Shown: positions 20,184 to 31,169, counted from the stretch's first letter. The stretch: 64,000 nt of DNA from an uncultured virus (IMG/VR IMGVR_UViG_2049941000_000086) (IMGVR_UViG_2049941000_000086), one strand, 5' to 3'. Numbers and translations are program-made. The notes: generated by a model not told the origin, from the sequence alone.

Positions 20184-21358
20184 TTACTCGGAGGTCACTT
20201 CCACATTGATGACGGTGGAATACGTCGCTTCACCGTCCGTGAACTCGATCTCCACCTCGCCGTCTCCCGCAGTCGAACCTGCGGAGATGACGCCGCCCGC
20301 GCTCACGGAGGTGCCGGTGGGCAGGCCGGAGCCGGTGTAGGTGANNNNNNNNNNNNNNNNNNNNNNNNNNNNNNNNNNNNNNNNNNNNNNNNNNNGCCGG
20401 TGGAGTAGCTGGTGGGCTTGACGAGGGTGTTGTCGGGCATCACCAGATACACGGGGATCTGCTTCGTGGTGCTGATGGGCAGGCTCACAAGACCGCCGAC
20501 GACGGCAAGACCCTGCACGATCTCAGCGTCGGAGCAGGGGCTGTAGACGTAGTAGGCAAGCGGGTTGCTCACGTCGCCGCACAGGTCGGTGGTGCTGGAA
20601 ACCACGGCGTCGTCCTCGCTCAGCGCCATGCCGGTGATGACGGTGGTATCTGCGTTGGTCTGGTCGCCGGAGATGTTGGCATTGGCCTGCAGCTTGAGCA
20701 CGGGAACCGTGACATACAGCCAACCCACGCGGGTGCCGGAGTTGGCGCTGCCGCCCACGTTGGAGTACACCGCGAAAGATGCGCTGAAATGCACGATCTT
20801 CGGGTCCATGAGGGAGCCGATGACCGCCTTGCGAGCGGTGGCTTTCTGGATGAAGTACCACACTTTGTACTCCTGATTCACCACAGCGGTGAAGCCGGAG
20901 ATCACGCCGCTGGAGCTGATGGGATAGGCGGTGCCGTCCCGGAGGATGGGGCTGGCCGCGCCGACGGGCTGGATGTAGCACACGGCCTCGTCGAAGCCGA
21001 GCTGCGCCGTAGGAGCACCGTCAGAAACGTCGATGGTCAGGCTGGTGCTGGTGGCCTTGATGACCTGAGCCACGGGCACGGGAGCGCCGTAAGTGAGAGT
21101 CGCGCCCACCTGAGCCGCTTTCTCCCAGAAGGAGAAGTCCACGGCGGTGAACTCGACGGTCAGGCTGGCGTCGGAGGGCAGGGTCGCCACAACGGGGTTG
21201 CCGAGACCGGCACGAATCTCGTTGAGGTTCACGCTGGTGCTGACGCTGCCGGTGTTGAAGCTTTTGGACTGATAGAGGATGTCCCCGGAGTCGGGGTCGG
21301 TCAGGATGACGTTGCCGACGCCCTTCAGGAACAGGCTCTTATCGGTAAAGGTAATCAT
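20184..21358 (-). CDS. major tail protein with C-terminal Ig-like domain
   Basis: AAGGAG RBS before MITFTDKS; EIRAGLGNPV motif; high-expression codon bias; ends ..VEVTSE* after the gap. Confidence 0.8.
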
Positions 21359-21775
21359 AGGATTGTCACTCCTTACTCTGTATTGAGGATAGATGGTGAT
21401 CTGCGCAGCCCCGGAGTTTGCGGAGGCCGTGTATCCGTTGCTTGCCGGGTAGAGCGTGTCGCTGGGATAAAGGTCGTCGGCGGGGTAAAGCCCGCCCACC
21501 CAGTTCGTTGCCACGGCGCGGTAGTAAACGATCTGCCGGATCATCCCGGTATTCAGTTCCGTGGTCGGCGTGTAGCTGTCCCCCACGGCTCCGAGGATAT
21601 CCAGCCAGTTCACTCCGTCGGAGCTTTCCTGCCACTGATAAAACAGTGTCCCGCCGTCCGATACGGTTGCTTCCACCGTCAGCGGTGCCGCCAGATCGCC
21701 TGCGTTATACGCCGCCGAGACCGGCTGCGTTGTGATGGTCGGTGTCTGCGCCGAAGTAACTGCCGTCGTCCTCAC
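21359..21775 (-). CDS. Ig-like domain, in frame with and upstream of the major tail protein (no stop between them)
   Basis: PTITTQP..LTVEA..YQWQES.DG.NW.DI.GA..SYTP Ig motif; LYPADDLYPSDTLYP repeat. Confidence 0.65.
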
Positions 21776-21787
21776 CCCCTTTTTCGA

Positions 21788-22621
21788 TTATTGCGCTTGT
21801 TCCTCGATTCCCTCGCGCACGGCGTTCAGGGCCGCGCCGCTTGCGAATTCGGAAAGTGCGACTTTCGCCGCGCTTTCTTCCTTTTTCCGGTCGAAAAAGG
21901 GGTTCGGAACCGGATTGCCCTTCTTCCATTTCGTACCCTGCGCTTCGGCCACGCCGCAGATGATGTAGTCCAGGGTGCGGTGCAGCGCCCGTTGTCTGCT
22001 TTGCAGCTTTGCAATGGGCCATCCGTATATTTCCTTTTCGTCGGCCCCGCTTAAGGTTGCCAAGTCGGAAACAAGGTCTTCCAGTTTCACGTCCAGTTCC
22101 GGCGCTTTCTTCGCCGCGATCTCTTTCTCCGTGTCCACCAGTTCCGGGTTGGCGTCGTCAGGCTGTATCTCCAATCCGTTCTGTGCCGCAAGGATAGGCC
22201 GCAGGCGCTGGAATTTTGCCGGGGTTATCTCGCAGATTTCTTCTCCGTCCGGTGAGAACAACAGGGCTTTCAGCCTCCCATTCGCGTCAACCCTCGGTCG
22301 GAACAGCGCGATACGCTTCTCCACAGGGCGGCCCTGCCCAAGTCTTAGGCTAAGAGCCAGGAAAAGCACCGCCCGTACCATAAGTCCGGTGGGTAGCTGC
22401 TCGTCCGCTACGCTCTGATTGTCCAGAGCGTAGTAGGCTTGCAGGAGGGGCATATTGAGGAATACGCGGGGTAATCGCTGGTGCATGAACTCGATTGCCG
22501 CTTTCGCCGTCAGGTATTCCTCGTATTCCTCCACGAGAATGGGATAGAAAGTAAGCCCTTCCGTTTCCACGGGTTCGTAGCGTCGTATCTGCCTGAGATA
22601 CTTTGTCGGGATATCGCTCAT
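21788..22621 (-). CDS. hypothetical tail-assembly protein
   Basis: 277-aa ORF, GGAGG RBS, in the tail operon. Confidence 0.7.
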   Translation of the reverse strand: MSDIPTKYLRQIRRYEPVETEGLTFYPILVEEYEEYLTAKAAIEFMHQRLPRVFLNMPLLQAYYALDNQSVADEQLPTGLMVRAVLFLALSLRLGQGRPVEKRIALFRPRVDANGRLKALLFSPDGEEICEITPAKFQRLRPILAAQNGLEIQPDDANPELVDTEKEIAAKKAPELDVKLEDLVSDLATLSGADEKEIYGWPIAKLQSRQRALHRTLDYIICGVAEAQGTKWKKGNPVPNPFFDRKKEESAAKVALSEFASGAALNAVREGIEEQAQ

Positions 22622-22649
22622 GTTTCTGCTTTCCTCCCGAATCTATGAA

Positions 22650-23300
22650 TCAACGGTCCTTCGAGCGGTGTGAAACTCTCCGTTCCGCTGTTTCCTTTTG
22701 GTTGCTTATGCGAATCGGTTGACGCCCCAGTTCTCCACGGTGCCGCCGCCGCCTGCCATGTAGGTCAGGCTCATGACGAGNNNNNNNNNNCATTGCGTAG
22801 GCTTTGCTGAGACCGCCCACGCCCATCGTCGTCTCCAGATTGGCGTTCACGTAAATATCGAAGATAACGCCGATCTCCACGCGGAAATCGTCCAGCGGCG
22901 TCTCACGCCCCATGTAGACTTTCAGGCTCGTCTGCGCCTCGATCTGGCTTGGCATCCACCATTGAAGGGGGTACAGTCTGTATCCCTGCGGGTGCTGCGC
23001 CTGCTCCTCGTCCGTATTCAGCGTGGGATGGTGGCCGTCAAAAAGCATTGACAGCTTCTGCTCCGGCGTGGGGTTAAGATAGGCAAGCGGGTCATCCGCG
23101 TCGTACCACAGACGCTTCATCAGGCGGCAGCGGGGATAGCGGTTGTTGTCCGGCGGCGTATATCCCGGCATAGGCAGGTCCATGAGATAGCGGCAAATGA
23201 GCAAGGGAATCTTTGTGGCCGGTTCCATTACCGGGAAGTCCGCCACCCGTTCATACGGATAGGTAGGACTAAGTACGCTTATCTCTTTTTCGTCGTCCAT
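22650..23300 (-). CDS. hypothetical structural protein (C-terminus uncertain, N gap)
   Basis: GGAGGTG RBS; operon context. Confidence 0.6.
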   Translation of the reverse strand: MDDEKEISVLSPTYPYERVADFPVMEPATKIPLLICRYLMDLPMPGYTPPDNNRYPRCRLMKRLWYDADDPLAYLNPTPEQKLSMLFDGHHPTLNTDEEQAQHPQGYRLYPLQWWMPSQIEAQTSLKVYMGRETPLDDFRVEIGVIFDIYVNANLETTMGVGGLSKAYAMXXXXRHEPDLHGRRRRHRGELGRQPIRISNQKETAERRVSHRSKDR

Positions 23301-23449
23301 CTCACTTCACCTCCCTCGTCCTTATTCGGCGGAATACGGCACGGCTTCCGTCGGTCGCCGCTTGAAGATTCCGCCGAAACGTCCTCTCCAAATCGAATCC
23401 GCTTCGCTGGGTTTCGATTTGGTTTTGTGCCGGAACTCCCCGTGGGGCG

Positions 23450-24025
23450 TTATCCCCTTGCCGCCTTGTATTCTTCCAGCTCCCGCTTTGCTTCCTCCGT
23501 GGCTTTCAGCAGCGCCTCCATCGCCTCCGGCGTGGTCTGCGCCGACATCATCATCTGGAACCTGCTCAGAGTGTCGTTCATGGCGGGAAGCATACCGTAG
23601 CACTCTGCGTTCAGGAGTTTTTCCAGCAGCTTGTAGTCCGCCACCAGGTCGTAGATTTTGCCCTGAAGTTCCTTGTCCGCCGTGCGCTTTTTGATGCGCT
23701 CAAGCTGGCTGATGAGGAAGCTGCGAGACGCGGCCTCGTAACTCTCGTCCGTGATGCTCCAAGGGTCTGCCTCCGTCTCTGCGTCATAGCCGAGGCGGAG
23801 ATACAGCTTCAGCAGCGCCGCCGTCATGTAACGGTGCTTCCGCACGGCGCTTTCCTTGTAGAAGGGCGGCAGCGGGTCTCCGTTCTCCGTCCCTATCTCC
23901 ATCTTGTCGAAGCATCCGGGGCTGACGTCCTTGATGAATTCTTCCTTGTCCCTCATGGAGACGTAACTGACGGCGACATCCCGCAGATGTTCTTCCGTCA
24001 GGCAGACGTTCTTCACGATTTCCAT
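23450..24025 (-). CDS. hypothetical protein
   Basis: 191-aa ORF, AAGGA RBS. Confidence 0.75.
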   Translation of the reverse strand: MEIVKNVCLTEEHLRDVAVSYVSMRDKEEFIKDVSPGCFDKMEIGTENGDPLPPFYKESAVRKHRYMTAALLKLYLRLGYDAETEADPWSITDESYEAASRSFLISQLERIKKRTADKELQGKIYDLVADYKLLEKLLNAECYGMLPAMNDTLSRFQMMMSAQTTPEAMEALLKATEEAKRELEEYKAARG

Positions 24026-24103
24026 GCAGTTTTTCCTTTCTTTTTCACGGATTCCGCGATTCTATCCTTATCTTTTTCCGTTCCTTCGGATTTTTGGTGC
24101 CAT

Positions 24104-24448
24104 TTATTTACTTTCCATGACGATGCACTGTAAGGTCATTTCAGCGGAGGGGGTTCCGCCAAGCGCATAAAGCGTCAGCGTCCCGGAGTTATTCTCCACC
24201 AGCATGGCTTCAACTCCGTCCGTCATCATGGACGAAAGCTGCGCTGCCGTGGGCTGAAGATCTACGATGCTCTTGGAATCCGTGCTTACTCCGGTCACGG
24301 TAACGGTTTGGGAATAAGGGTCGCTTCCGCTCCATGTGGTGCTGACGGTGATAGAGCCGACGGATACCTTTGCGCTTCCACCCCCGCCGCCGCCTCCGCC
24401 TCCCTGTGCGGACGCAGCCATTCCACGGGCGATATTGTCAACTGCCAT
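24104..24448 (-). CDS. small virion protein, paralogous to the C-terminus of 6746-7471
   Basis: PYSQTVTVTG..VDLQPTAAQ..ENN.GTLT shared. Confidence 0.7.
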   Translation of the reverse strand: MAVDNIARGMAASAQGGGGGGGGGSAKVSVGSITVSTTWSGSDPYSQTVTVTGVSTDSKSIVDLQPTAAQLSSMMTDGVEAMLVENNSGTLTLYALGGTPSAEMTLQCIVMESK

Positions 24449-24451
24449 GTC

Positions 24452-24784
24452 TCAGCCCTCCCCCACAGCCGCGCCGAACACGGTCACGCTTCCGGCGCTG
24501 CCGCCGTTTACCACCTGCATCTCGCGGATTCCGGCGGTCGCTACGCTGTAGATACCCTCTGCGGTAATGGTTTCCGCCACGCTGTAATCCGTCTGGTTGA
24601 TGGAAGCCAGCGCGATGAAATTACCGTTCTCCGTGTCCGCTTTTCCCTTGATGGTCACGTTCAGAGTTCCTGTTCCGGTCGCCTGCACCGTCACGCTGTC
24701 CGCCCCATAGGGGACGTAGAAGGTGCTGCTCGTCGTACCCGTGCTGCTCGTGTCCAGAAACACGAAATTTGCCAAAACCGCCAT
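24452..24784 (-). CDS. small beta-rich virion protein
   Basis: 110-aa ORF, GGAG RBS. Confidence 0.7.
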   Translation of the reverse strand: MAVLANFVFLDTSSTGTTSSTFYVPYGADSVTVQATGTGTLNVTIKGKADTENGNFIALASINQTDYSVAETITAEGIYSVATAGIREMQVVNGGSAGSVTVFGAAVGEG

Positions 24785-24815
24785 GTCTAAAACACTCCCT
24801 TATCTAAAACTGTGA

Positions 24816-26141
24816 TTAAATGCCCTTGAGGTATATTTCCGCGCTGGCGCTGTAATCTCCGTAGCTTGCCGTCACCGTCAGCGGCGTCGTGCTTCCGCCC
24901 CAGCAGGTGACAATCAGGCTGTTTCCGCTTTCTTCCACGGTGTACGCCGACGGATTTGCCCCGGAAACGGTATATTCCACCGCAACGCCGGTCATTTCTC
25001 CGTCTTCCATGTATTCCGCTTCCAGCGTCACGCTCTGATACATGCGGAGCTGGGCGGGAACGTCCTGCAAAAATACCACCTGTCCGCCGCTCTGAGCGCC
25101 CGCCACCGTCACCGTATAGGTTGACATAATGTTCTCATTCTGCATCAGCTTACAGGTGATCGTCGCCGTTCCTTCGGCGTTCGCGGTCACATTTCCCGCC
25201 TCGTCCACGCTGACAACGCTCTCGTCGCTGCTTTCCCACAGGTAGGTGATGGGATATTCCTCAGAATTCTCGACGATCTGGCCCATCCTGCGGCTTGTGG
25301 GGGCGATTGCCCCTGTGCCACCGACGGTCATGGTCGGTGCGCCGGAGAGTTCGATTTCCCATGTGAAAGTGAGACCTTCGGCTACGCGGTTCACCATGTC
25401 GTCGATCTCGTCGTTGGGTTCTTCGTACCTCGCCGTGAAGCGAATGACCCGTGTGGAGTCGAAATCCCCGGTCATTTCCTCGAAAAAGTCCGTGAATCCG
25501 GTGATTCTGTAAGCCCCGGAGCCGAAAATCATGCGGGAATTGGTGCCGAGCTGCTTCGTCCAGCGGTTCGCCGCGCAGGTGATGTTGAAATATCCTTTGG
25601 TGATGTTGTCCCATTGCTGGCTGTCGTCGGAGTTGGCGCTTGCCCGGTCGGTCTCCACCACAAAGGGTTCCTGAAGCACGTTGCCGTAGTAGTCCAGGTG
25701 ATTCCATGTCACCCGGCAGCGCCTTACGATGCCCCCGCCGTCCCCGTTGGAGATGTCCAGCGGGTTAATCATGAGCCAAACGGCCCCCATTGCCCGGAAT
25801 TTCGTGCCTTGGGGGATATAGGGGAGCGCCGGTTCCTCCAGCATCAGGTGTTTGTAATCGTCAAATTCGCGCTGGATGGCGGAGCTGGGGCGTACCACTT
25901 CCGCAAGGCGGAACTTGCAGGGAACCCACTCGTCTTCGTCAGGACCGTAGAACCCAAGGGCTTCCCCCTTGAAGAAATCCGAGGCGTATTTCAGGTATCT
26001 CTTCTTAAAACGGTCGGTTTCCGCCATGTAATACTGGTTTTCCCGGCTGGAATACTGCGCAGGCACGTTCCAAGCCGGGTCACTCACCGTCCCGCCGAAG
26101 CTCAGAAGGGCGTTTTTTACGGTTTTATCGAGGGTAGCCAT
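24816..26141 (-). CDS. head-closure/neck protein with Big_2 Ig-like domain
   Basis: WESSDESVVSVDEAGNVTA..EGTATIT Big_2 motif. Confidence 0.65.
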   Translation of the reverse strand: MATLDKTVKNALLSFGGTVSDPAWNVPAQYSSRENQYYMAETDRFKKRYLKYASDFFKGEALGFYGPDEDEWVPCKFRLAEVVRPSSAIQREFDDYKHLMLEEPALPYIPQGTKFRAMGAVWLMINPLDISNGDGGGIVRRCRVTWNHLDYYGNVLQEPFVVETDRASANSDDSQQWDNITKGYFNITCAANRWTKQLGTNSRMIFGSGAYRITGFTDFFEEMTGDFDSTRVIRFTARYEEPNDEIDDMVNRVAEGLTFTWEIELSGAPTMTVGGTGAIAPTSRRMGQIVENSEEYPITYLWESSDESVVSVDEAGNVTANAEGTATITCKLMQNENIMSTYTVTVAGAQSGGQVVFLQDVPAQLRMYQSVTLEAEYMEDGEMTGVAVEYTVSGANPSAYTVEESGNSLIVTCWGGSTTPLTVTASYGDYSASAEIYLKGI

Positions 26142-26154
26142 ATCCCTCCCCCTC

Positions 26155-26850
26155 TCAGGCAAGCACGATGTTCAGCCCGTTCGAGCGCATCGTCTTGTAG
26201 GCGCAAAGCTGCTCGTACTTGTGCAGTTCGTCGTTGAAACTCTGGCGGTTTTCACGCAGCCGGAGCGAAAGTTTGTCCATATAGTTGGCTTCGTTGACCG
26301 TGGAGAAGCTGGAATCGTGGATTTTGGGCTGGAGATTCAGCCAGTTGCGGCTAAAATCCTCGTCCCAAGCCACGCATACAGCCAAGCCAAACAGCCGCTT
26401 CTGGCTGATGGTCAGGTCGTTGAACGTGCCGTCCGTGTAGAAGTCCAGCTCGTAATGGACGCCCGCTGCCGTTTGCTGGGGGAAAGTAACGATGCCCGTC
26501 TCCGCGTCGTAGACCGCACCGGGATAGGGCGTGACGCTGGTTCCGTCCTCTCCGTAGACGATGCAGGACATGAGTTCATAGCCCAAAAGCCCGGTATCGA
26601 CCTCTGTTTCCCCGGCAAGGCTCTCCTCCGTGCTTTCCCACGAGTAGTCGCCGTACTCCGGCTGCACCATGTCCTTTTCCAGATAGTCCAGCAGTTCTGG
26701 CGGACTGTTAAGAAGGGGGAGCGCAAACAGTACGCTGTCGCTCTTGGCCCTATAGAATTGCGCGGGACTGACGGTGATCTGTTCCCGCCACCGTTCGTCG
26801 TCCAGCGCCTGCATAGCCGCATTTATTACTTCGCTCCAGCCCGTAGCCAT
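26155..26850 (-). CDS. putative head-tail adaptor
   Basis: MATGWSEVI start; position after the capsid genes. Confidence 0.55.
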   Translation of the reverse strand: MATGWSEVINAAMQALDDERWREQITVSPAQFYRAKSDSVLFALPLLNSPPELLDYLEKDMVQPEYGDYSWESTEESLAGETEVDTGLLGYELMSCIVYGEDGTSVTPYPGAVYDAETGIVTFPQQTAAGVHYELDFYTDGTFNDLTISQKRLFGLAVCVAWDEDFSRNWLNLQPKIHDSSFSTVNEANYMDKLSLRLRENRQSFNDELHKYEQLCAYKTMRSNGLNIVLA

Positions 26851-27042
26851 CTGCGCAACCCCCTTCGTCGTCGCTCGGCGGAATGGGCAGTATCCGCGCA
26901 AGCGCGAATACCGCCAGGATTCCACCGGCTCCTCCTCTCCAAATCGCACCCGCTTTGCTGGGCTGCGATTTGGTTTTTCGCTTATCTCGTTTCCTGCGGA
27001 ACGTCCTTTCCAAACCGAAAGGCAAGCTTTCGGTTTGGGTTT

Positions 27043-27774
27043 TTATACCTGCTCGGCGTTCATTCCCTCGATAATGGCGCTGAAAGCGTTGTCCTTCATC
27101 CCGGCGGCTTTCGCCATCCGGTTCAGTTCCGCCACGATATCCCGGTGGACGTAGGGATTCTTGTCCATCCACCCCTCGTAGTAGCGCCGCGCCACCATCT
27201 CCTTGTGGCCCTCGCAGAGCTTGGGGAAGATTTCAAGCATCTTGTCCCCCAGTTCGATCATCTTGGCAAAGGCTTTCCGGTCGAGCAGTTCTCCTTCGCT
27301 GTAGTTCACGCCAAGGGCTTCGCGCTCGTCCTCACTGAGACCGTCCACCACGATGAGCCAGCGCCGGTCGAGGCACATTCTGGTGATGTTGTCCAGAATC
27401 CGGCTCAGGTCGTTCTTCGGCACGAAGAACTCGCCCGTCTTTCCGATGATGCGCCCATACATTCCGCCGGGGCCGAAGTCCTGCACGTTGTCGTTTGCCA
27501 CGTCCGCCATCCACAGGAAGTGAACCTGCTCCGTGCTGGCCGTCACCTGAACGACCTGGGGCTTCTGCGCCGCCGACATCGCTTCCTTCATCGCCGCCAT
27601 CTGCGCGGCCATTTCTTCCCGCATTGCGGCGAGCTGCGCTTCGTACTGGGCTTTCAGTTCCGCAACAGCGTCCTTCTCTTCGACGGGAGCGGCGGTCTGT
27701 TCCGTTTCCTTCTCTTCCGTCTTCACAGCCGTGGTCTTCCGCGTCCGCGTCTTCTTCACTGCTTCGTCTGCCAT
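27043..27774 (-). CDS. hypothetical head-module protein
   Basis: 243-aa ORF, AAGGA RBS. Confidence 0.75.
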   Translation of the reverse strand: MADEAVKKTRTRKTTAVKTEEKETEQTAAPVEEKDAVAELKAQYEAQLAAMREEMAAQMAAMKEAMSAAQKPQVVQVTASTEQVHFLWMADVANDNVQDFGPGGMYGRIIGKTGEFFVPKNDLSRILDNITRMCLDRRWLIVVDGLSEDEREALGVNYSEGELLDRKAFAKMIELGDKMLEIFPKLCEGHKEMVARRYYEGWMDKNPYVHRDIVAELNRMAKAAGMKDNAFSAIIEGMNAEQV

Positions 27775-27938
27775 CGTCTCAATTTCCTTTCTTTTTGATG
27801 GTTGCCGTCCGCCGGTGCCGCCCCGGCGCTAGTCACTGGATACGGCNNNNNNNNNNNNNNNNNNNNNNNNNNNNNNNNNNNNNNNNNNNNNNNNNNNNNN
27901 NNNNNNNNNNNNNNNNNTTTCCCGCCCCGCAGAAAGGC

Positions 27939-29153
27939 TTAGATGTTGATGAGGCCGACCTTGCTGGCGAACACGGAAACGCTGTCCAGCGCGGTGGTCA
28001 GGTTCAGCTTCACCATGAAGTCGGGGTTCTTCTCGGCCTCGATCTCGATGGTGATGGGGGTGTAGCTGTTGTAGGCGATGGTCATGGGCTTGTAGCCGTT
28101 GGAGGCCAGCATCCAGATCTTATTGGTGGGGAGCATGGTGCTCACGTTGCCGAACTGGGTGCCGGGGATGACCACATCCACCAGAGGCATCAGGCGCACG
28201 GCCATGTACTCGCCAAGATAACCGGCGCTGATATAGTCGCGGCCAAGCAGCATGGCGAGGGCGGCGTCCATATCGGCATTGCTGGAACCGGTGGCCTGCG
28301 TAGGCAGCACCTTAGACAGAGCCACAGCGCCGCCGTAGGCGATCAGGTTGCGGATTCCGGTGTTGTTCACGGCGGCGATCTTGTTCGCCAGCGTGACCCA
28401 GTTCACGGAGCTGAAGTTGTAGATCAGCCCGGTGGGGATCAGCGCGGTGTTGCTGGCAGCAGCGGTCATGGCCGCGTTCCACAGGCCCATCGTCTTGGCA
28501 TACATACCGGCGACGAGGTTCGCCATGTACTTGCCCCAGTCGGTGTTGTTGCCGACCATCTGGTGCCATTTGATGGAGATCTCAGCGGTGCGGGGGGAGG
28601 GCTGGAGGGTCACGGTCCGGTCATAAAAACGATTCTCAGGAACGCTGCGGCTCGCGCCCCAGGCGCTGTCCTGGAACACCGGGATATCACCGGAAGAGAT
28701 GGTGATGGCGGCGGTCTCCGCAAAGCCAACTTCCACCACGTCGGCGAAGACGCTGACGGCCTCGCTGTAGACGCGGGGCAGGATGGGAGTCAGGATATCT
28801 TCGTAGATGCCCTGGAGGACGGCATAGAACGCGCTGTTGCCGTAGAACTCCTGACCCCTCTTGGAGAATTCCTCGAAGGTGGCGGGAGCCTTTTTGCCGG
28901 TGTTGGCGCAGGCCATCTTGGCGGCATACAGCAGATGCTGCTTGCCGAACCGCTCGTTGACTTCCTTATACTGCTTGTCGTCCAGATGGGCGGTAGCAGC
29001 AGGCTCGGCGCTGTTCAGCGCCTTATGCACGGCGTCCTGGCCCTTGCGAGCGTACTCGTAGGTCAGCAGCGCACCGGCGGCGACGATGTTGGAACGCTCG
29101 TCATTGCCGGAGAACACGCTGTTGGGGGTGCTGTTGAGAGTGATTCTGCTCAT
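27939..29153 (-). CDS. major capsid protein
   Basis: 404 aa, strong codon bias, GGAGG RBS, follows the protease and decoration genes. Confidence 0.8.
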   Translation of the reverse strand: MSRITLNSTPNSVFSGNDERSNIVAAGALLTYEYARKGQDAVHKALNSAEPAATAHLDDKQYKEVNERFGKQHLLYAAKMACANTGKKAPATFEEFSKRGQEFYGNSAFYAVLQGIYEDILTPILPRVYSEAVSVFADVVEVGFAETAAITISSGDIPVFQDSAWGASRSVPENRFYDRTVTLQPSPRTAEISIKWHQMVGNNTDWGKYMANLVAGMYAKTMGLWNAAMTAAASNTALIPTGLIYNFSSVNWVTLANKIAAVNNTGIRNLIAYGGAVALSKVLPTQATGSSNADMDAALAMLLGRDYISAGYLGEYMAVRLMPLVDVVIPGTQFGNVSTMLPTNKIWMLASNGYKPMTIAYNSYTPITIEIEAEKNPDFMVKLNLTTALDSVSVFASKVGLINI

Positions 29154-29175
29154 GGTTGCTTATCCTCCTTCCGTC

Positions 29176-29769
29176 TTAGGGCGCGTAGATGGAGACCTTC
29201 TTCGCCACCACGTCGTAGTAGCCGAAGGACTCGCTGGTGCCCTCGATGAACTTGCCGGTGCCCCGGAGTTCAAAGTAGATGCTGCCGTCGTCATCAGGAG
29301 CGGCGGCGGCGCTGGTGAGCTTGCCGGAGGCGATGGTGAAGAACGTGTCGGTGCTGGTGTTCAGGGTGACGTTGCCCTCGCCGAAGCGGTACACGCTCTC
29401 GCCGTCGAAGTTGATGCGGGTAAAGGTGCTGTACCGACCGGCAGGAACACCGAGGCCCAGCGTCCGCACACCGATGAAGTAGTTGTTGCCGTCGGGAGCG
29501 GAGATAAGCTGGTTGTCGTAGGTGTTGCAGGCGTAAATCACGTCGTCGGCGGTGTTGGTGTTGGCCGCAGCCACCATCTTCCAGGTGTTCTCGTTGTAGA
29601 CGCCGCTGAACCCTTCGCAGGGGAGCAGGCTGTCCCGGACGCAGAGCTGGCCCGCGTCGCAGTCCGTCGCCGTGGTGGAGACGTAATACTTGCCCGCGAT
29701 ATTCGCCAGCCGGTCGTTCTCGTTGTTGGTGATCCGCGCCTCAAACGCGGTCTTGGCGGTGAAGCTCAT
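29176..29769 (-). CDS. putative capsid decoration protein
   Basis: 197 aa between the protease and capsid genes; strong codon bias. Confidence 0.6.
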   Translation of the reverse strand: MSFTAKTAFEARITNNENDRLANIAGKYYVSTTATDCDAGQLCVRDSLLPCEGFSGVYNENTWKMVAAANTNTADDVIYACNTYDNQLISAPDGNNYFIGVRTLGLGVPAGRYSTFTRINFDGESVYRFGEGNVTLNTSTDTFFTIASGKLTSAAAAPDDDGSIYFELRGTGKFIEGTSESFGYYDVVAKKVSIYAP

Positions 29770-29783
29770 TACTTCATTCCTCC

Positions 29784-31169
29784 TTACTCAATGTTCAGGC
29801 TGCGGAGCAGGGCGCCCACGCTGCCGTCGTCGCCCTTGGGGGCGTTGATGCCGTCCCAGGCGAACTGGTTGTCCTTCTTCTTGCGGTTGGCGGCGCGGTA
29901 CTCCACGTCCTTCTGGGCGCAGATGCTCATGACGCGCTGGCAAACCTTTTCGTCGCCGCAGAAGTTGCCGTCCTTGTCGGCGCACTCGGTATAGTCGCCG
30001 CCGTCGATCTCGGCCATGACGCAGGCGATATCGTCCTCGCAGACCTTCTCTTCGGCGCAGCGGTCCTCGTTGAACTTGGCGAGGGCGGCCTTGGCGGCTT
30101 CCTTCATGGCCTTGATCCGGCGGGTGTTCTCCTTCTCGGTCATGGCCTTGATGGTGGCGTTGGCGTCGTCGCGCTCCTTCTCGGCCTTGGCGAGTTCCGC
30201 GCTCAGCCTCTCCACGCGGGAAGTCAGACCGGCGAAGTAATCCTCAGCGTTCATCTGGAAGTCTTCGCCGAAGTTCACGGTCGCGGCCAGCGGCATGATC
30301 CGCTCCGGCGCGATGGTTTCGTCGGCGCTTGCCAGCCGGTAGCTGAAGGAGTCGTAGTTATCGTTCCGCATGGCGACGAGGATGCTCTTGTCTTCCTCGT
30401 TCTCCTTCGCGGCCATCACGACGTAGCCCACGAACCGCTCATTGAGCTTGGCAAGCTGCTTCTTCGTGAAAATCACGGTTTTCTTCACTCCTTTGTCAGA
30501 GTTATTTTTTGGGGGCTCCGGGTTCTCCTCGGCGGGCGTCCCCTGGCCCCCCTCGGTTTTGGGATGGTACGAGGCGACTTTGAGCTTCAGACTGTTCCAC
30601 TTTTCGCTGCTCATCGCCTTGAGTGCCTGGATATTCGCTCCGGGGATTGCGGGAGCCACCGTATCGTGCAGGATCGTCACACCAAGACCCCGCCACGCGG
30701 TAAACACGCTGTATCCGTCTTCTTCGTGCTCTTCGGTGACTTCCGTTTCGGCGCTGACGCTCATGCGGCCCTGTTCCGCAAGAACGTCGCACAACTGCCG
30801 GTTATAAAAACGCCAAAGCTTTCCCCTGGCGATAATCCACGTTCCGTCTTCGCCGGTCTCCGTAATGATGTCGCCGTCCCCTTCGCCGATAGCCCCCACG
30901 ATGCGCTCCGCGTTGGGGCCGGTGAAGTCCGCGATCAGTTCCCCGCGCCACATGGCTTCGTCCATGTTGTGCCCGTCTCCATAACGTCCCGGACCGGGAT
31001 AGGCGCAGAGGATGGGGGTTCCCTTGAAGGTGTCCGCAAACTGTTCGATATTGCGATAGTCCCAGTTGTTTCGGTTGAGGCCGCTCCGCATCACGCGGAG
31101 CCGCACGTTGTAGTTGAGGTCGCTGTCCCTGTCCAGAACTTCCAGCAGACCGTAGACAGTCTCGCCCAT
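29784..31169 (-). CDS. prohead protease/scaffold fusion
   Basis: GLNRNNW, GHNM, MSVSAE protease-like motifs followed by a coiled coil. Confidence 0.7.
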   Translation of the reverse strand: MGETVYGLLEVLDRDSDLNYNVRLRVMRSGLNRNNWDYRNIEQFADTFKGTPILCAYPGPGRYGDGHNMDEAMWRGELIADFTGPNAERIVGAIGEGDGDIITETGEDGTWIIARGKLWRFYNRQLCDVLAEQGRMSVSAETEVTEEHEEDGYSVFTAWRGLGVTILHDTVAPAIPGANIQALKAMSSEKWNSLKLKVASYHPKTEGGQGTPAEENPEPPKNNSDKGVKKTVIFTKKQLAKLNERFVGYVVMAAKENEEDKSILVAMRNDNYDSFSYRLASADETIAPERIMPLAATVNFGEDFQMNAEDYFAGLTSRVERLSAELAKAEKERDDANATIKAMTEKENTRRIKAMKEAAKAALAKFNEDRCAEEKVCEDDIACVMAEIDGGDYTECADKDGNFCGDEKVCQRVMSICAQKDVEYRAANRKKKDNQFAWDGINAPKGDDGSVGALLRSLNIE

